DNA of 64,000 bases from an uncultured delta proteobacterium (GCA_963699755.1 CAVOVB010000001.1:1184001-1248000); one strand, 5' to 3'; shown: positions 20,084 through 30,440, numbered from the stretch's first letter. The notes: generated from the letters alone by a model not told the origin. Program-made: numbers and translations.

Positions 20084-20960
20084 GCGTGGCCTCGACCAAA
20101 GCGAGGTCCTGCTGGACTTCTGCCCGGCTGTCGGGGAGCAGACTCGCTGCCCGGCCGCCGACGAGGATCTTGACGCGCTTCGGGATCGCGTCTTCGATTG
20201 CGGCGATTTCTCTTTGAGAATCCTTGGGCCTCAGATTGGTGATCGACAGCATCAGAAGGTCAGCGCTCGTGTCGTTGACTGCGTACGCGATCTCTTCGGC
20301 CGGCAGATCAGGGCCTAAGTAGAGAACGCTCCAGCCATGCATCGCCGCCAACATCGCGACCATGAGCGCACCGAGCTCGTGATGCTCTTTGGCCGGCGTC
20401 GCAATCACCACTCGGCGTCTGGCGTCACCCGCCGGGTAGAGGCGCATCAACGAAAAGAGCAAACCCCGCATGACCGTCGAGCAGGCGTGCTCGTGTGCGA
20501 TGCGAAGCTCGCCAAGCTTCCAACGTTCCCCGATCTCGACGAGGATCGGTGCCACCAGAGTCTTCAAGAACTCGCTCGGCTCCGTGCTCAGGGCCGCACG
20601 CGAGAGCATCTGCTCGGCGTCGTCGGTGCGAAGCTGCTCGATCGCCGTCATCACGCGCGACCGAAGCTCCGGCAGATGTTGCACGATCGGCTGGCTTGGA
20701 GGTTGGGGAAACGACGCTGCCATCTGTCGAAGATCGACATCGGGCAGCTTTGCGATTCCGCCGATCGAATGGCCGTTCTCGACGAGCTTGTGGAGCAATC
20801 GAAGCCTTTCGACGTCCGCGTCGGTGTAGAGGCGGCCACCAGCCTCCGTGCGCTTGGGGACGACGGCGGAGTAGCGCTTTTCCCACATTCGAAGGCTGTG
20901 GGTGGAAAGCCCGGTCATCTTCGAAACCATGCCGACCCGGTATTTCGCTTCGTCTGCCAC
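20073..20960 (-). CDS. carH: CarH/LitR-like MerR-family regulator with cobalamin-binding domain
   Basis: MerR HTH (LRMWEKRY, RTEAGGRLY), W-x9-EH (WKLGELRIAHEH), ExH (EHHELG), YLGPDLP; alternative start at 20978. Confidence 0.8.
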   Translation of the reverse strand: MADEAKYRVGMVSKMTGLSTHSLRMWEKRYSAVVPKRTEAGGRLYTDADVERLRLLHKLVENGHSIGGIAKLPDVDLRQMAASFPQPPSQPIVQHLPELRSRVMTAIEQLRTDDAEQMLSRAALSTEPSEFLKTLVAPILVEIGERWKLGELRIAHEHACSTVMRGLLFSLMRLYPAGDARRRVVIATPAKEHHELGALMVAMLAAMHGWSVLYLGPDLPAEEIAYAVNDTSADLLMLSITNLRPKDSQREIAAIEDAIPKRVKILVGGRAASLLPDSRAEVQQDLALVEATLSR

Positions 20961-21002
20961 TTCCACCCTTCTATCCAACGGGGCATCGATCGCGTTCGGG
21001 AC

Positions 21003-21024
21003 CTGTCTAAGGGTTGTCTATACC
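21003..21024 (-). promoter_or_regulatory. Two 11-bp CarH-type operator repeats upstream of carH
   Basis: Minus strand reads ggtaTagACAa ccctTagACAg (nnnnTnnACAn). Confidence 0.65.
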
Positions 21025-21101
21025 CCCTGATTTTGGGAATCAAGCAGAAGTCCGAAAAAAACCGCCCCACCCAGCTTGACGCCAGTCGAGACCGGTCTCG
21101 A

Positions 21102-21134
21102 AACCTGCACAAGACCTAGACATAACTTAGACAG
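21102..21134 (+). promoter_or_regulatory. Three tandem 11-bp CarH-type operator repeats
   Basis: aaccTgcACAa gaccTagACAt aactTagACAg, just upstream of the DUF4397 gene; TTGACG at 21076. Confidence 0.75.
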
Positions 21135-21165
21135 ATCGAAGGAAGTAAAGATTGCTAAGAAAGCG

Positions 21166-22480
21166 ATGGGGATGATCGATGCGTCCGTTCTCGCCGTCGG
21201 GCTCGTCGGCTGCGGAGAAGATGGAAAACCAGCGCCGACACCCATGGCAATGGTCCGCGTGACGCATCTCGCTCCCGAGATCCCCACGGCGGAGGACACA
21301 GGCGTGGGCATTCTCGTGAACGCGGAGGCCTCGGGCATCGAGAACCTGCAATTCGGGAACAGCACAGGATACGTGGAGCTCCCCGCGGGCGACTACATGT
21401 TCGGGATTGCGTCCACGGGCTCGACTACCACCGTTCTCGACGTGCCCGCCACGCTTCCCGCCGGGGGCATCTTCACGGTCGTGGCCTACCGAGACGCGAT
21501 GGCCGACGCGCCGGTGAACGTGCTGCTTTTCGATGACAGTCCGGCGGGACTCGAGTCCGGTAGCGGTCGCGTGCTGGTCGGTCATGGCGCCGACGACACC
21601 CTTCTGAACCCAGTCACCATCGTGAACACCGATGACGACACCGTGATCGTCGAGGATCTCGCATTAGGAGCCATTGCCGGTCCACTCGATCTGCCCGCGG
21701 GCAGCGTCAACATCGGGTTCGACGTTACCGGAGATGGAACGTCTGAGACGCCGCCGCTTCAGGCGCCGGTCACCGCTGACGTGGTGACTACTTTGATCGC
21801 AGTTGATACCAACACTGTAGACGAGCAGCTCGCGCCAGCAGTGTACGCGCTGCTTCCGAGTACCTCTGGCGCGATCCCGACTTTGGCTCCGCCGCCCCCA
21901 CCGGCTCGACTTCGCGTAGCGCACCTGGCACCTGAGGTTCCGGCCGGTGAGTACGACTTCGGCATAGCGGCCGCAGGCACGACGACTTCGCTCTTCGACG
22001 TCAACGATGTACTCCCGGCGGCCGGCGGCACCTAATACCGTGGTGGCCTATCGTGATGGCGCGCAGACCGTTCCAGTGGGTGTCCTGCTCTTCGACGAAG
22101 ACAGTGAAGGACTGCCTTCGCGAGAGGAGCGTGTCTTGGTAGGCCATGGCGCGGACGCTACTGCTGTGAACCCGATCGATATCGTAACTGCTAGCGACGC
22201 TCTGCTCGTCGATGAGTTCGCTTTCGGTATCGTCGCGGGTCCACTCGATCTCACAGCAGGGATCGTGAACATCGGCTTCGATGTCGACACGGAGGCTTCG
22301 GGGAATGGAACCGACGCCAACGACGTGCTGGACGTTGGCCCGCTCGCAGCGCCCGTCGCCGCGGACATCGTGACGGTTCTCGTGGCGGTCGACACCGATG
22401 CCGGTATGGGCTTGGTCCCAGCCGTCTATGCGCTTGCTCCATCCACTAGCGGCAGTATCCCAACTCTTTCCTCTCCCTAG
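21166..22480 (+). pseudogene. Two-repeat DUF4397 lipoprotein, disrupted
   Basis: LVGC lipobox, VRVTHLAP / LRVAHLAP repeats; extra A near 22034 (acc TAA tacc should be acc tat acc); second repeat also lacks about 33 aa. Confidence 0.75.
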
Positions 22481-22516
22481 TCCTCTTCAAGAGACTGCCA
22501 CGTTGTAAGCAAGCGC

Positions 22517-22549
22517 GGGGCCGCTCCTTTCGGGGAGCGGCCCCTTCTC
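22517..22549 (+). terminator. GC-rich hairpin with UUCG loop, probable intrinsic terminator
   Basis: ggggccgctcct-ttcg-gggagcggcccc followed by ttctc. Confidence 0.75.
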
Positions 22550-22598
22550 ATTGTCTAGTTGACGCCTCGCGCCGAATGCGGGTACGACGGCCCTCACG

Positions 22599-23168
22599 GT
22601 GTTGGCGACGAACAGACGAGGATTGCGCGCTGGGGGTCTCGTCGCTTCAGTGCTGACCTTCGCTGCGTGCACGCAAGAGCCCGCAGACCGCGAGCCGCTC
22701 TCGGTCGCACCCGATCCTGCGAAGGCAGCAGCACTCAATCCCTACCAGAGCTCTGGCTACCGTCTCGGGGTCGTCCGGCTGCATGCGGGTTTCAGCCCGG
22801 ACCCGTGGGTTGTTGAGGGAACCGCGTTCGGCGAAATCGAGGCGCGCTCGATCCACCGCAAGTGCAAGGGATGGATCTCCGAAACGCCGGACTACCTTCT
22901 CGACGCCGACACAGCATTCTTCCAGCTTCACGTGTTGGCCCGTTCCGAGTCGGACGTTCTGCTACTCGTCCGCAAGCCTGATGGCGAAGTCCAATGCAAC
23001 GACAACCGCAATGGCACAAAGGACCCGATGCTCCGTTCAAACTTCCCGATCGGCACGACGCAAGTCTGGGTCGGCGTCCAGGAGAGAGGCGCGACGGCCG
23101 ACTACCGCCTTGGATTCTCCGAGGTGAAGTGGCGCTCGTCTGCGCTTCCCCTGCCCGACGCGAACTAG
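22599..23168 (+). CDS. Hypothetical lipoprotein (GFxPDP-type beta-sandwich domain)
   Basis: FAAC lipobox; LHAGFSPDP...CKGWI..TPD...CND. Confidence 0.7.
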   Translation: MLATNRRGLRAGGLVASVLTFAACTQEPADREPLSVAPDPAKAAALNPYQSSGYRLGVVRLHAGFSPDPWVVEGTAFGEIEARSIHRKCKGWISETPDYLLDADTAFFQLHVLARSESDVLLLVRKPDGEVQCNDNRNGTKDPMLRSNFPIGTTQVWVGVQERGATADYRLGFSEVKWRSSALPLPDAN

Positions 23169-23761
23169 AGCTGGCGCCGCCGCCAAAGCGCCAGGAGCTC
23201 GCGACCTTCCCGCCCCGGATGCGTCTGCTCGACCTCCCTGATCTCGAGCTCTTCGAAGGCGTCTTCGATCAAGCTTCGGACCAGGCCGGTGTTGACCGGC
23301 CAAGGTGGACCCTCGCGGCCTGAAATGGGTTCTTCGAAAGGAAAAAGCAAGGTGGCGAGCAGGCCCGACGGCTTCACCAGGCGCTTCATGGTTTCGCTCC
23401 AAGCGCTCCGCTGTGGAGGATCGAGTGCACAGAAGAAGGTGTAGTCCCAGACGAAGTCGAAGTTGTTTTCGGGCTCGTAGAAGAAGAAGTCACCGACTTC
23501 GTAGGAGACGGGCCCAGGAAGGTCGCGATGAGCATCCAGAAAAGCCATGCGTGCTTCTTCGGAAAGGTCGAGGCCGACCACTTCTCGATCCGCGTGCGCC
23601 AGGGTTGCAAGGTCGTAGCCGGTACCGCAGCCGGGCACGAGAACCCGACCTGCCGGAACCTGTCCGAGGTCGAGCAAGCTGTGAAGCGCGGGGGGTGAGG
23701 TACCCGCGTCCCACGGTGTGCTTCCCGCTTTCCATGCCTGTCGCCAATCCACACTTGCCAT
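23165..23761 (-). CDS. TPMT/thiocyanate-halide (HOL-like) SAM methyltransferase
   Basis: TPWD, RVLVPGCGTGYD, FDFVWDYTFFCAL, GPPW. Confidence 0.88.
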   Translation of the reverse strand: MASVDWRQAWKAGSTPWDAGTSPPALHSLLDLGQVPAGRVLVPGCGTGYDLATLAHADREVVGLDLSEEARMAFLDAHRDLPGPVSYEVGDFFFYEPENNFDFVWDYTFFCALDPPQRSAWSETMKRLVKPSGLLATLLFPFEEPISGREGPPWPVNTGLVRSLIEDAFEELEIREVEQTHPGREGRELLALWRRRQL

Positions 23762-23770
23762 TCTGCGTCC

Positions 23771-24595
23771 CTAGCGAATCAACCCTATGGTGCGCGCGGC
23801 CTCGCGTGCAACCGGGAGCACGGCATCGTAAGCCGTTGCGTTGCAGACGAGGATGCCCTTTCGATTGCGCATGTCCGCGCCGCCGTACCGATAACTGTTG
23901 CCGTCGAGGTCGGTGAAGCGCCCACCGGCAGCTTTGAGAATTGCCTCTGGACCACAGGCGTCCCACATGCTCGAGCGGCTCGAAATGTGCACATAGAGGT
24001 CCGCTTCCCGTTCGGCGATGAGACCCGTCTTGAGGCCGACGGAGCCACGGATTGTCTCGTGTCGGATGCCGAGGCGGGCAACGACCTCGGCGACCGCTCG
24101 GTTTCTGTGCGACCGCGACACCACTAGCTTCAATTGGCTCGGGATGGCCACCTCGCTGACCTTCAGCTCACGACGCGCGCCGCCCACTTCGAGAAAGGCG
24201 CCGTCGCCTGCGACGCCGACGTAGAGCTTGTCGGCCTCTGGCTGGTAGACTACGCCGGCCGTCGAAACTCCGTCGACCGCCAGGCCGAGCATCACCGAGA
24301 ACTCGCCGTTCCTGGCAACGAACTCCTTGGTTCCGTCGAGTGGGTCCACGTACCAGCAGCGTCCCGGCCGCAGCGCGTCGCTGTTGTCTTCGTTTTCTTC
24401 CGCGACGATACCGTCTTTGGGGAAGGCCTTTCGAAGCTCCCCGACGATGAAGTCGTTGGCCCGCGTATCAGCCTCGGTGACGGGATCTGCTTTGGCTTTG
24501 TAGGCGACGCTGAAGTCCGTTGCATAGACTTCCATCAAGATTGCGCCGGCGTCACGAGCGATGCGTGCAGCCTCCGCGATTTCCCGATCCAGCAT
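23771..24595 (-). CDS. cysQ: 3'(2'),5'-bisphosphate nucleotidase / inositol monophosphatase family
   Basis: PVTEAD, VDPLDGTKEF, VSRSH, WDAC. Confidence 0.88.
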   Translation of the reverse strand: MLDREIAEAARIARDAGAILMEVYATDFSVAYKAKADPVTEADTRANDFIVGELRKAFPKDGIVAEENEDNSDALRPGRCWYVDPLDGTKEFVARNGEFSVMLGLAVDGVSTAGVVYQPEADKLYVGVAGDGAFLEVGGARRELKVSEVAIPSQLKLVVSRSHRNRAVAEVVARLGIRHETIRGSVGLKTGLIAEREADLYVHISSRSSMWDACGPEAILKAAGGRFTDLDGNSYRYGGADMRNRKGILVCNATAYDAVLPVAREAARTIGLIR

Positions 24596-24633
24596 CTCGG
24601 CGCTGTACCACGCGATGCTACCTGCGTCACCGC

Positions 24634-25407
24634 TCAGCGAGCGATCTCTTCGGCCAATCGCCCGAGGAGCTCCATGACTTCACTCACGTTTTGCAGAAGC
24701 GTCGCGGAGTCGGGTGGCTGGTCTCCTCGCTCCTCCGAGCAAACGAACGCCCCCAGACCGTGCCGCGCTGCGAACTCGATTGCGGGGAAGTCGGTGAGAT
24801 CGTCCCCCGCGAAAAACACGGAGCTCGCACCGGAGCGATCGAAAATCTCTCGAAGCGCGCTGCCCTTGTCCGAGGGCACCGCCTCGGCTTCGCGCAGGGC
24901 CTTGCCTCGTCGCACGTGAAGGCCGAGCTTCTGCGCCAGCTCGTCGGCTTCGCGAAGCAGCTGCTCGGCGCGGGCTGGATCGTACGAGGCAATCGCGCGC
25001 ACGTGCACCGCAATCGCTTGGGGCTTGTGCTCGATGAACGCGTCGCGACCGTGCGACTCGATCCAATGCCGAAACTGGTCGAGCGCCTCCCGTTTCCTGT
25101 CGTCGAGCTCGCGTGGTGCCGGGGCTTCCCCCGGTGCCAAGATCAGCCCGCCGTGCTCGACTGCCCGCCAGATCCCGTCGAGCTGTTCCATGCGGCCAAG
25201 CGAGCTGAGATCCCGGCCCGTGACCAGTGCGAGCTCGATGCCGGGGGCGGCCGCGAGGGTTTTTAAGGTGGAGAGCGTCTCTTGAGGGATCTCCGCCATG
25301 TCCGGGTCCCGGACGATCGGGGAAATCGTGCCGTCCACGTCCAGCGCGATGAGCAGTGGGCGTTCGAGGCCGAGAAGAGATTCCAGCACGACCTCGCGCT
25401 GCCTCAC
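24634..25407 (-). CDS. otsB: Trehalose-6-phosphate phosphatase
   Basis: HAD motif LDVDGT, VTGR, EHG, DKG, GDDLTD; coupled to otsA. Confidence 0.9.
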   Translation of the reverse strand: MRQREVVLESLLGLERPLLIALDVDGTISPIVRDPDMAEIPQETLSTLKTLAAAPGIELALVTGRDLSSLGRMEQLDGIWRAVEHGGLILAPGEAPAPRELDDRKREALDQFRHWIESHGRDAFIEHKPQAIAVHVRAIASYDPARAEQLLREADELAQKLGLHVRRGKALREAEAVPSDKGSALREIFDRSGASSVFFAGDDLTDFPAIEFAARHGLGAFVCSEERGDQPPDSATLLQNVSEVMELLGRLAEEIAR

Positions 25408-26795
25408 TTGCCCTCCAGCGCGTCGAGGTAGCGGTCTGCCCAGCGGTGCACGTCGAGCCGCATCACCTCGGCGCGCATCGAACGCATTCTCGTCCGCTTT
25501 TCGCTAGGTTTCATGACGAGCGCACGGTGAATCGCGTCGGTCGTCGACTCCACGTCATATGGATTGACCAGGACTGCGCCCTTGAGGTGCTTCGCGGCGC
25601 CCGCAAACTCGCTCAATATCAACACGCCGTCCTCGTCCGTCCTCGCCGCTGCGTATTCGTGCGCGACGAGGTTCATGCCATCGCGCAAGGGCGTCACGAG
25701 CGCAACGTCAGCCGCTCGGTAGTGCGCGAAGATCGCGCGCTGACTCAGATCTCGATAGAGGTAGTGGATGGGAACGCAGCCGGTTTCTGCATAGCGCCCG
25801 TTGATGTCACCGACCATGCGATCGATCTCTTCTTTGAGGTCGGCGTAGGCTTGGACGTCGGTGCGGCTCGGCACCATGACTTGGATCAGCGCGTAGCGCC
25901 GGCGCGCGCCCTTGTCTAAACGGAGCAGTCGTTCGAAGGCGGCGAGTCGCTCGGGAATGCCTTTGGTGTAGTCGAGGCGGTCGACGCCGAGCATCAACTG
26001 GCGGTTGCCGGTCGCTTGGCGAATTCGATCGACCTCGCGCCCGAGGTCCGGATCGTTTGCGAGCGCCTGCAGCTCCTCGACGGGGATTCCGATCGGCGCG
26101 GCGATAGTGCTCACCTTTCGACCGCGATACCCGATCGTGCCGCGCGATACTTGATGGGGCGTAAAGCGCTCCACGCAATGGCGGAAGTGCTCGGCGTACT
26201 CGGGAAGGTGAAAGCCGAGGACGTCGGCGCCGAGCAAGCCTTCGAGGATCTCCTCGCGCCAGGGCAGGATGCTGAACGTGTCCGGAGGCGGCCAGGGGAT
26301 GTGGCAGAACCAGCCGATCCTCGCCTTGCTACGCCTGGCGCGGAGCATCCCGGGAAGTAGCATCAGGTGGTAGTCCTGAATCCAGATCAGGTCGCTCGGG
26401 CCGCTCGTCGCCAGGGTGGTGTCGGCGAAAGCCTGGTTGGCGCCCACGTAACTCGACCAGGGGGCCTGGCCTACATGAATCGTGGGCTCGAAGCCGTGGA
26501 GCAGGGGCCAGAGCACAGCATTGGAAATGCCCTCATAGAAGCCACTTTGCTCGTTGCGCTTGAGGGCCACGTGGGCAAGGTCGTACTCGAGATGAGGCGC
26601 CGGAACCGTGACCGAGTCGAAGTCCTTCGCGGGTTTCGCGCTCACCCAGACGCCGCCGCGCTGCTGCAAAACGGGGTCGAGCGCAGTCACCAAACCACCC
26701 GCCGAGCGAACCCAGCGCTCGCGGCCTCGGGCAGACTCGTGCCGATAAGGGCCGCGGTTCGATACGACCACGAGCTTTCGGCTCTTTCTCGCCAT
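25404..26795 (-). CDS. otsA: Trehalose-6-phosphate synthase
   Basis: [43 protein letters not shown]. Confidence 0.95.
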   Translation of the reverse strand: MARKSRKLVVVSNRGPYRHESARGRERWVRSAGGLVTALDPVLQQRGGVWVSAKPAKDFDSVTVPAPHLEYDLAHVALKRNEQSGFYEGISNAVLWPLLHGFEPTIHVGQAPWSSYVGANQAFADTTLATSGPSDLIWIQDYHLMLLPGMLRARRSKARIGWFCHIPWPPPDTFSILPWREEILEGLLGADVLGFHLPEYAEHFRHCVERFTPHQVSRGTIGYRGRKVSTIAAPIGIPVEELQALANDPDLGREVDRIRQATGNRQLMLGVDRLDYTKGIPERLAAFERLLRLDKGARRRYALIQVMVPSRTDVQAYADLKEEIDRMVGDINGRYAETGCVPIHYLYRDLSQRAIFAHYRAADVALVTPLRDGMNLVAHEYAAARTDEDGVLILSEFAGAAKHLKGAVLVNPYDVESTTDAIHRALVMKPSEKRTRMRSMRAEVMRLDVHRWADRYLDALEGK

Positions 26796-26823
26796 CGAGT
26801 AGCATTGTAGTCTGCCCGAGGTC

Positions 26824-27318
26824 ATGGACCCAGCGCAGTTTCTGCAAGGACGCAGCCGAGAGACCGAGATCCGACGCGACGCGCGCGGACGCTGGTTCAA
26901 CGGCAAGGATGAGATCAGCCACCCGATCTTGGCTCGCTCCTTCGACAGTTGGGTGGACCGGGCCGAGGACGGACGCTTCTGCCTCAGCAACGCGATCAAT
27001 TGGGCCTACGTCGAGATCGAAGGGCCGGCGTTTTTCGTGAAAGACGTGGAACCGAGCGAAGCAGGAGTCGGTCTGCTTCTCTCGGGTGGCCTTCGCGAGC
27101 CGCTCGACCCGTCGACGCTCTGCCAGGGGCCCCAGGGCGCTCTTTGGTGCGCCGTCCGCGACGGCCGCTGCCCAGCGCGCTTCGATAACCATGCGCTGAG
27201 CAAGATGGGCCACCTGATTGGAGAGGACGAAGAAGGGGTCTACGTGCGGATCGGCCTGGAGAAGGTGCACCCACCGGAGCTCGACGATCCCCTTTCGCTC
27301 GGGCTCAAAAGGCGCTAG
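26824..27318 (+). CDS. DUF1285-like protein
   Basis: I.RDA.GRWF..G.EI...AYVEIE..AFFV pattern. Confidence 0.6.
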   Translation: MDPAQFLQGRSRETEIRRDARGRWFNGKDEISHPILARSFDSWVDRAEDGRFCLSNAINWAYVEIEGPAFFVKDVEPSEAGVGLLLSGGLREPLDPSTLCQGPQGALWCAVRDGRCPARFDNHALSKMGHLIGEDEEGVYVRIGLEKVHPPELDDPLSLGLKRR

Positions 27319-27327
27319 AGGTCCCTC

Positions 27328-27936
27328 GTGTCTCGACGTGAGGTCCTCGCCACCACCATCGTGGCCGTGATTGCGTTTCCCTTGATCTTCATCTTCACCG
27401 GCGCAGTGGTGGATGCCCGAGCCCGTGCGCGGGAGGCCCCCTTCAGGGCGATCGTCGGCAACGCTCGCTTCGAGCAGATGATGGAAGGCGGCGGCGGCGT
27501 TCCGCACTACCTCGGCGCATCGCTCCGCGCGCCGGAGTTCAGCCTTCCCAAGGAGGGAGGCGGCGAATGGAAGATGTCGGAACAGCGCGGCAAGGTCGTG
27601 GTGATGAACTTCTGGACGGTGACCTGCCGTCCCTGCATTCAGGAGATGCCAACCCTCGAGCTCCTCGCCGAGATGACCGAAGATTGGGGTGACGTCGAGG
27701 TAGTTGCAATTTCGACGGACCGGAACTGGGCCGAAGCCGAGACCATCATCCCGCGCGGCTCTCGCATCACCAGCCTTCTCGACGCCGAGCGAAAGGTCGT
27801 GACCGACCTCTTTGGCACCAAGCTCTTCCCCGAGACTTGGATCATCGACGCCGACGGGGTCGTGCGGTTCCGATACGATGGCGCTCTGGACTGGTCGGAC
27901 CCGGTCGCGCTGGACTTGATTCGCGCGTATCGGTGA
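27328..27936 (+). CDS. TlpA/ResA-family thiol-disulfide oxidoreductase
   Basis: NFWTVTCRPCIQEMP, FPETWIID. Confidence 0.9.
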   Translation: MSRREVLATTIVAVIAFPLIFIFTGAVVDARARAREAPFRAIVGNARFEQMMEGGGGVPHYLGASLRAPEFSLPKEGGGEWKMSEQRGKVVVMNFWTVTCRPCIQEMPTLELLAEMTEDWGDVEVVAISTDRNWAEAETIIPRGSRITSLLDAERKVVTDLFGTKLFPETWIIDADGVVRFRYDGALDWSDPVALDLIRAYR

Positions 27937-27940
27937 AGGC

Positions 27941-28621
27941 TCAGGTCTCCGCGAGGAGGTGGCGCGACACCCAGACGCCGAAGCCGACGAATAGGAGGTC
28001 GAAAGCCGCCAGGATACGAATCCAGCCGACGACCTCGGCCATGCTGGCACCTGCGAAGAGCTCACGCGTCGCGACGGCGGAGGCCAGGAGGGCAGGAGCC
28101 ACCAAGGGGAAGACGAGGACACTGAGCATCAAGTCTCGGGCGCGCGTACGGATGCCGACCGCCGAAAACAAAGAGGCCGTCGAGACGAAACCCACCGAGC
28201 CGAGGAACACCAGGACGAGGAGCGGCAGCAGGATTGGGCTGCCGTCGATCTGGAAGAAGACCAGGCAAAGTGGCACCAGCAAGAGCTCGATCGCGAAGAG
28301 CAGGATCAGAGCGCTGATCGTCTTGCCGATGTAGATCGATGGGCGCGGAATCGGTGCGAGCAACAGGCCGAACACGGCGTCGTTTTCGCGCTCCAACGCC
28401 CAGCTTCGGCCGATCAGCAGGATCCCGCAGAAGAGGATCGAGATCCAGAGCACGCCTGGTGCGACGTCCAGAGAGCTGATCGGGTCTGTGTAGAAGGCCA
28501 GAGAACCGAGCGTGACGACGAGAATCGCAAAGAGCCCCGTCGAGGTGAGGATCTCCTTGGTTCGCATTTCCAGCTGTAGGTCTTTGACGGCGACCAGCCA
28601 CGCGGCGCGGAGGGTGTTCAT
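27941..28621 (-). CDS. ccmB: Heme exporter protein B
   Basis: KDLQLEMR, APGVLW, ERE, six TMs; downstream of ccmA. Confidence 0.88.
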   Translation of the reverse strand: MNTLRAAWLVAVKDLQLEMRTKEILTSTGLFAILVVTLGSLAFYTDPISSLDVAPGVLWISILFCGILLIGRSWALERENDAVFGLLLAPIPRPSIYIGKTISALILLFAIELLLVPLCLVFFQIDGSPILLPLLVLVFLGSVGFVSTASLFSAVGIRTRARDLMLSVLVFPLVAPALLASAVATRELFAGASMAEVVGWIRILAAFDLLFVGFGVWVSRHLLAET

Positions 28622-29274
28622 GCCAAGGGCCCCACGATCCGGCCTCGGTCCATGTGTAGAACGCGGTCGGCCACCGAGCTCGCAAACGTCGCTTCGTGAG
28701 TTACGATGAGAATGATGGAGCCCTCGCTCTTCTGCTGCTCGATCAGCTCGATGAACGAAGCGTTCGATTTCACGTCGAGGCCAGTCGCTGGCTCGTCCAT
28801 CAGGAGCAGGCGGGGCTCGTGCAGTAGAGCGCGTGCGATCGACACCCGCTGCGCTTGCCCGCGAGAATAGGTACGGACGGGCCGGTTCCAGTACTCTCCG
28901 AGGGCGAGAACTTCGCACAGGTCGTTTGCTCGCTTTTCCGCGTAGGGAATGTCTTGAAGCTTCGCAGCGAGGACGAGGTTTTCGTGGCCGCTGAGCCCTG
29001 GGTAGAGCTGAAGTTGGTGAGCAATGAAACCGATCCGCCCGCGGAGTTCGTCGGCATGCGAGATGCCGTACTTCCCGTAGCGAATCTCGCCTCTGGTCGG
29101 ATACGCCAGCGTCGCCAAGAGCCAAAGCAGCGTCGACTTCCCAGAGCCGTTCGGACCTTGGATCACGGTGGCTTTCCCCGCCTCGAAAGTCAGGTCCACG
29201 CCGGCTAGCGCAAGCGTTGCCCCGTAGGACTTCGCAAGGCGAGCGACCGAGACTTCTTCAAAATCGAGCTTCAC
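28618..29274 (-). CDS. ccmA: Heme ABC exporter ATP-binding protein
   Basis: GPNGSGKST, YSRGQ, LLMDEP, VTH; adjacent to ccmB. Confidence 0.85.
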   Translation of the reverse strand: MKLDFEEVSVARLAKSYGATLALAGVDLTFEAGKATVIQGPNGSGKSTLLWLLATLAYPTRGEIRYGKYGISHADELRGRIGFIAHQLQLYPGLSGHENLVLAAKLQDIPYAEKRANDLCEVLALGEYWNRPVRTYSRGQAQRVSIARALLHEPRLLLMDEPATGLDVKSNASFIELIEQQKSEGSIILIVTHEATFASSVADRVLHMDRGRIVGPLA

Positions 29275-29285
29275 CGGTCCGCACT

Positions 29286-30440
29286 CTAGAACAAGTCTCG
29301 CACAATGCCGTCAAGTTTCAGCCAGCGGTCGGTGGGAACCCACAGCCAGTCCCCCTTCTCGACGAGGTTGCCGCGTTTGATCGCGCGATCGATCGCGCGT
29401 TCCCTGCCACCCCTCGGATCGCGTCCCGCTCGCGCTTTGGTCGCGCTGAGGTTCATCCCGTCGATCGTGCGTAGGCCGAGCATCAAGGCCTCGCGGATGA
29501 TCTCCTCGGGGCCTAGCTCTTCGAGCTCCGCCTCGAGCGTATCTTGGCGCAGGTATCGCTGCGGGTTGGGCTCATTCCGCCATCGCTTCGCGCGCCCCAC
29601 GCCCTGGTCGAGGCATCCCACAGCGGCAGCACCGAGGCCGAGATAGGCGCCGCCCCGCCAATAGTGAAGATTGTGTCGTGACTCTTCTTCCGCGGCCGCG
29701 TAGTTCGACACTTCGTAGTGCGTCCAGCCGAGCTCGGTGAAAACGCGTTCGGCGTGCTCGAAGAGATCGGCGTACTGCTCTTCAGCTGCGATGCGAAGCT
29801 TCCCCGCGCGCTGAAGCGAGCCGAACATCGTCTTTTCTTCGATCGTCAGCGCGTAGGCCGACACGTGCTGGACGCCCTTCTCGGCGATGCAGAAGATGTC
29901 TTCGCCCAGCTCTAGGGCGGTCTGGCCTGGCATTCCGAACATCAGGTCCGCGCTCACCCGCGGCATTTCCTTCGTGGCGTCCCCGAGCGCAGCGAGCGCC
30001 CGCTCTCTGTCGTGCAAGCGGCCTAGGAAGCGCAAGTGAGGATCGCGTAGGGACTGAACCCCGATCGAAAGACGGTTCACACCGGCCTCGCGGAGGAGGG
30101 CAGCGTGGTCACCGCGGAGCGAGCTTGGGTTGCACTCGACCGTCACCTCGACGTCGTCGACCGACTCGTCGAAGGCGCCGCGAATGGCTTCGAGGGTTCG
30201 CTTCAAGGCACTCGGCTTCCAGAGTGACGGCGTTCCGCCACCGAAGAAAACCGACTTCAGCTTCCGCCCCTGAAGACTCTCGGCGCGTGCCCCGAGCTCG
30301 CGAAGCAGTGCGTTGGCATACTCCTCGTGAGGAAGCGCAGTCGGGCGAATTGGCTCAGTTGCGAAGTCACAATACGGACACTTGCGCGCGCACCAGGGGA
30401 AGTGGACGTAGACCGAAGTCTCTGTGGGTTCGCTTGACAT
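29286..30440 (-). CDS. hemW: Radical SAM heme chaperone HemW (HemN-like)
   Basis: YVHFPWC..KCPYCDF, FGGGTPS, YEVSNY, HNLHYW. Confidence 0.9.
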   Translation of the reverse strand: MSSEPTETSVYVHFPWCARKCPYCDFATEPIRPTALPHEEYANALLRELGARAESLQGRKLKSVFFGGGTPSLWKPSALKRTLEAIRGAFDESVDDVEVTVECNPSSLRGDHAALLREAGVNRLSIGVQSLRDPHLRFLGRLHDRERALAALGDATKEMPRVSADLMFGMPGQTALELGEDIFCIAEKGVQHVSAYALTIEEKTMFGSLQRAGKLRIAAEEQYADLFEHAERVFTELGWTHYEVSNYAAAEEESRHNLHYWRGGAYLGLGAAAVGCLDQGVGRAKRWRNEPNPQRYLRQDTLEAELEELGPEEIIREALMLGLRTIDGMNLSATKARAGRDPRGGRERAIDRAIKRGNLVEKGDWLWVPTDRWLKLDGIVRDLF

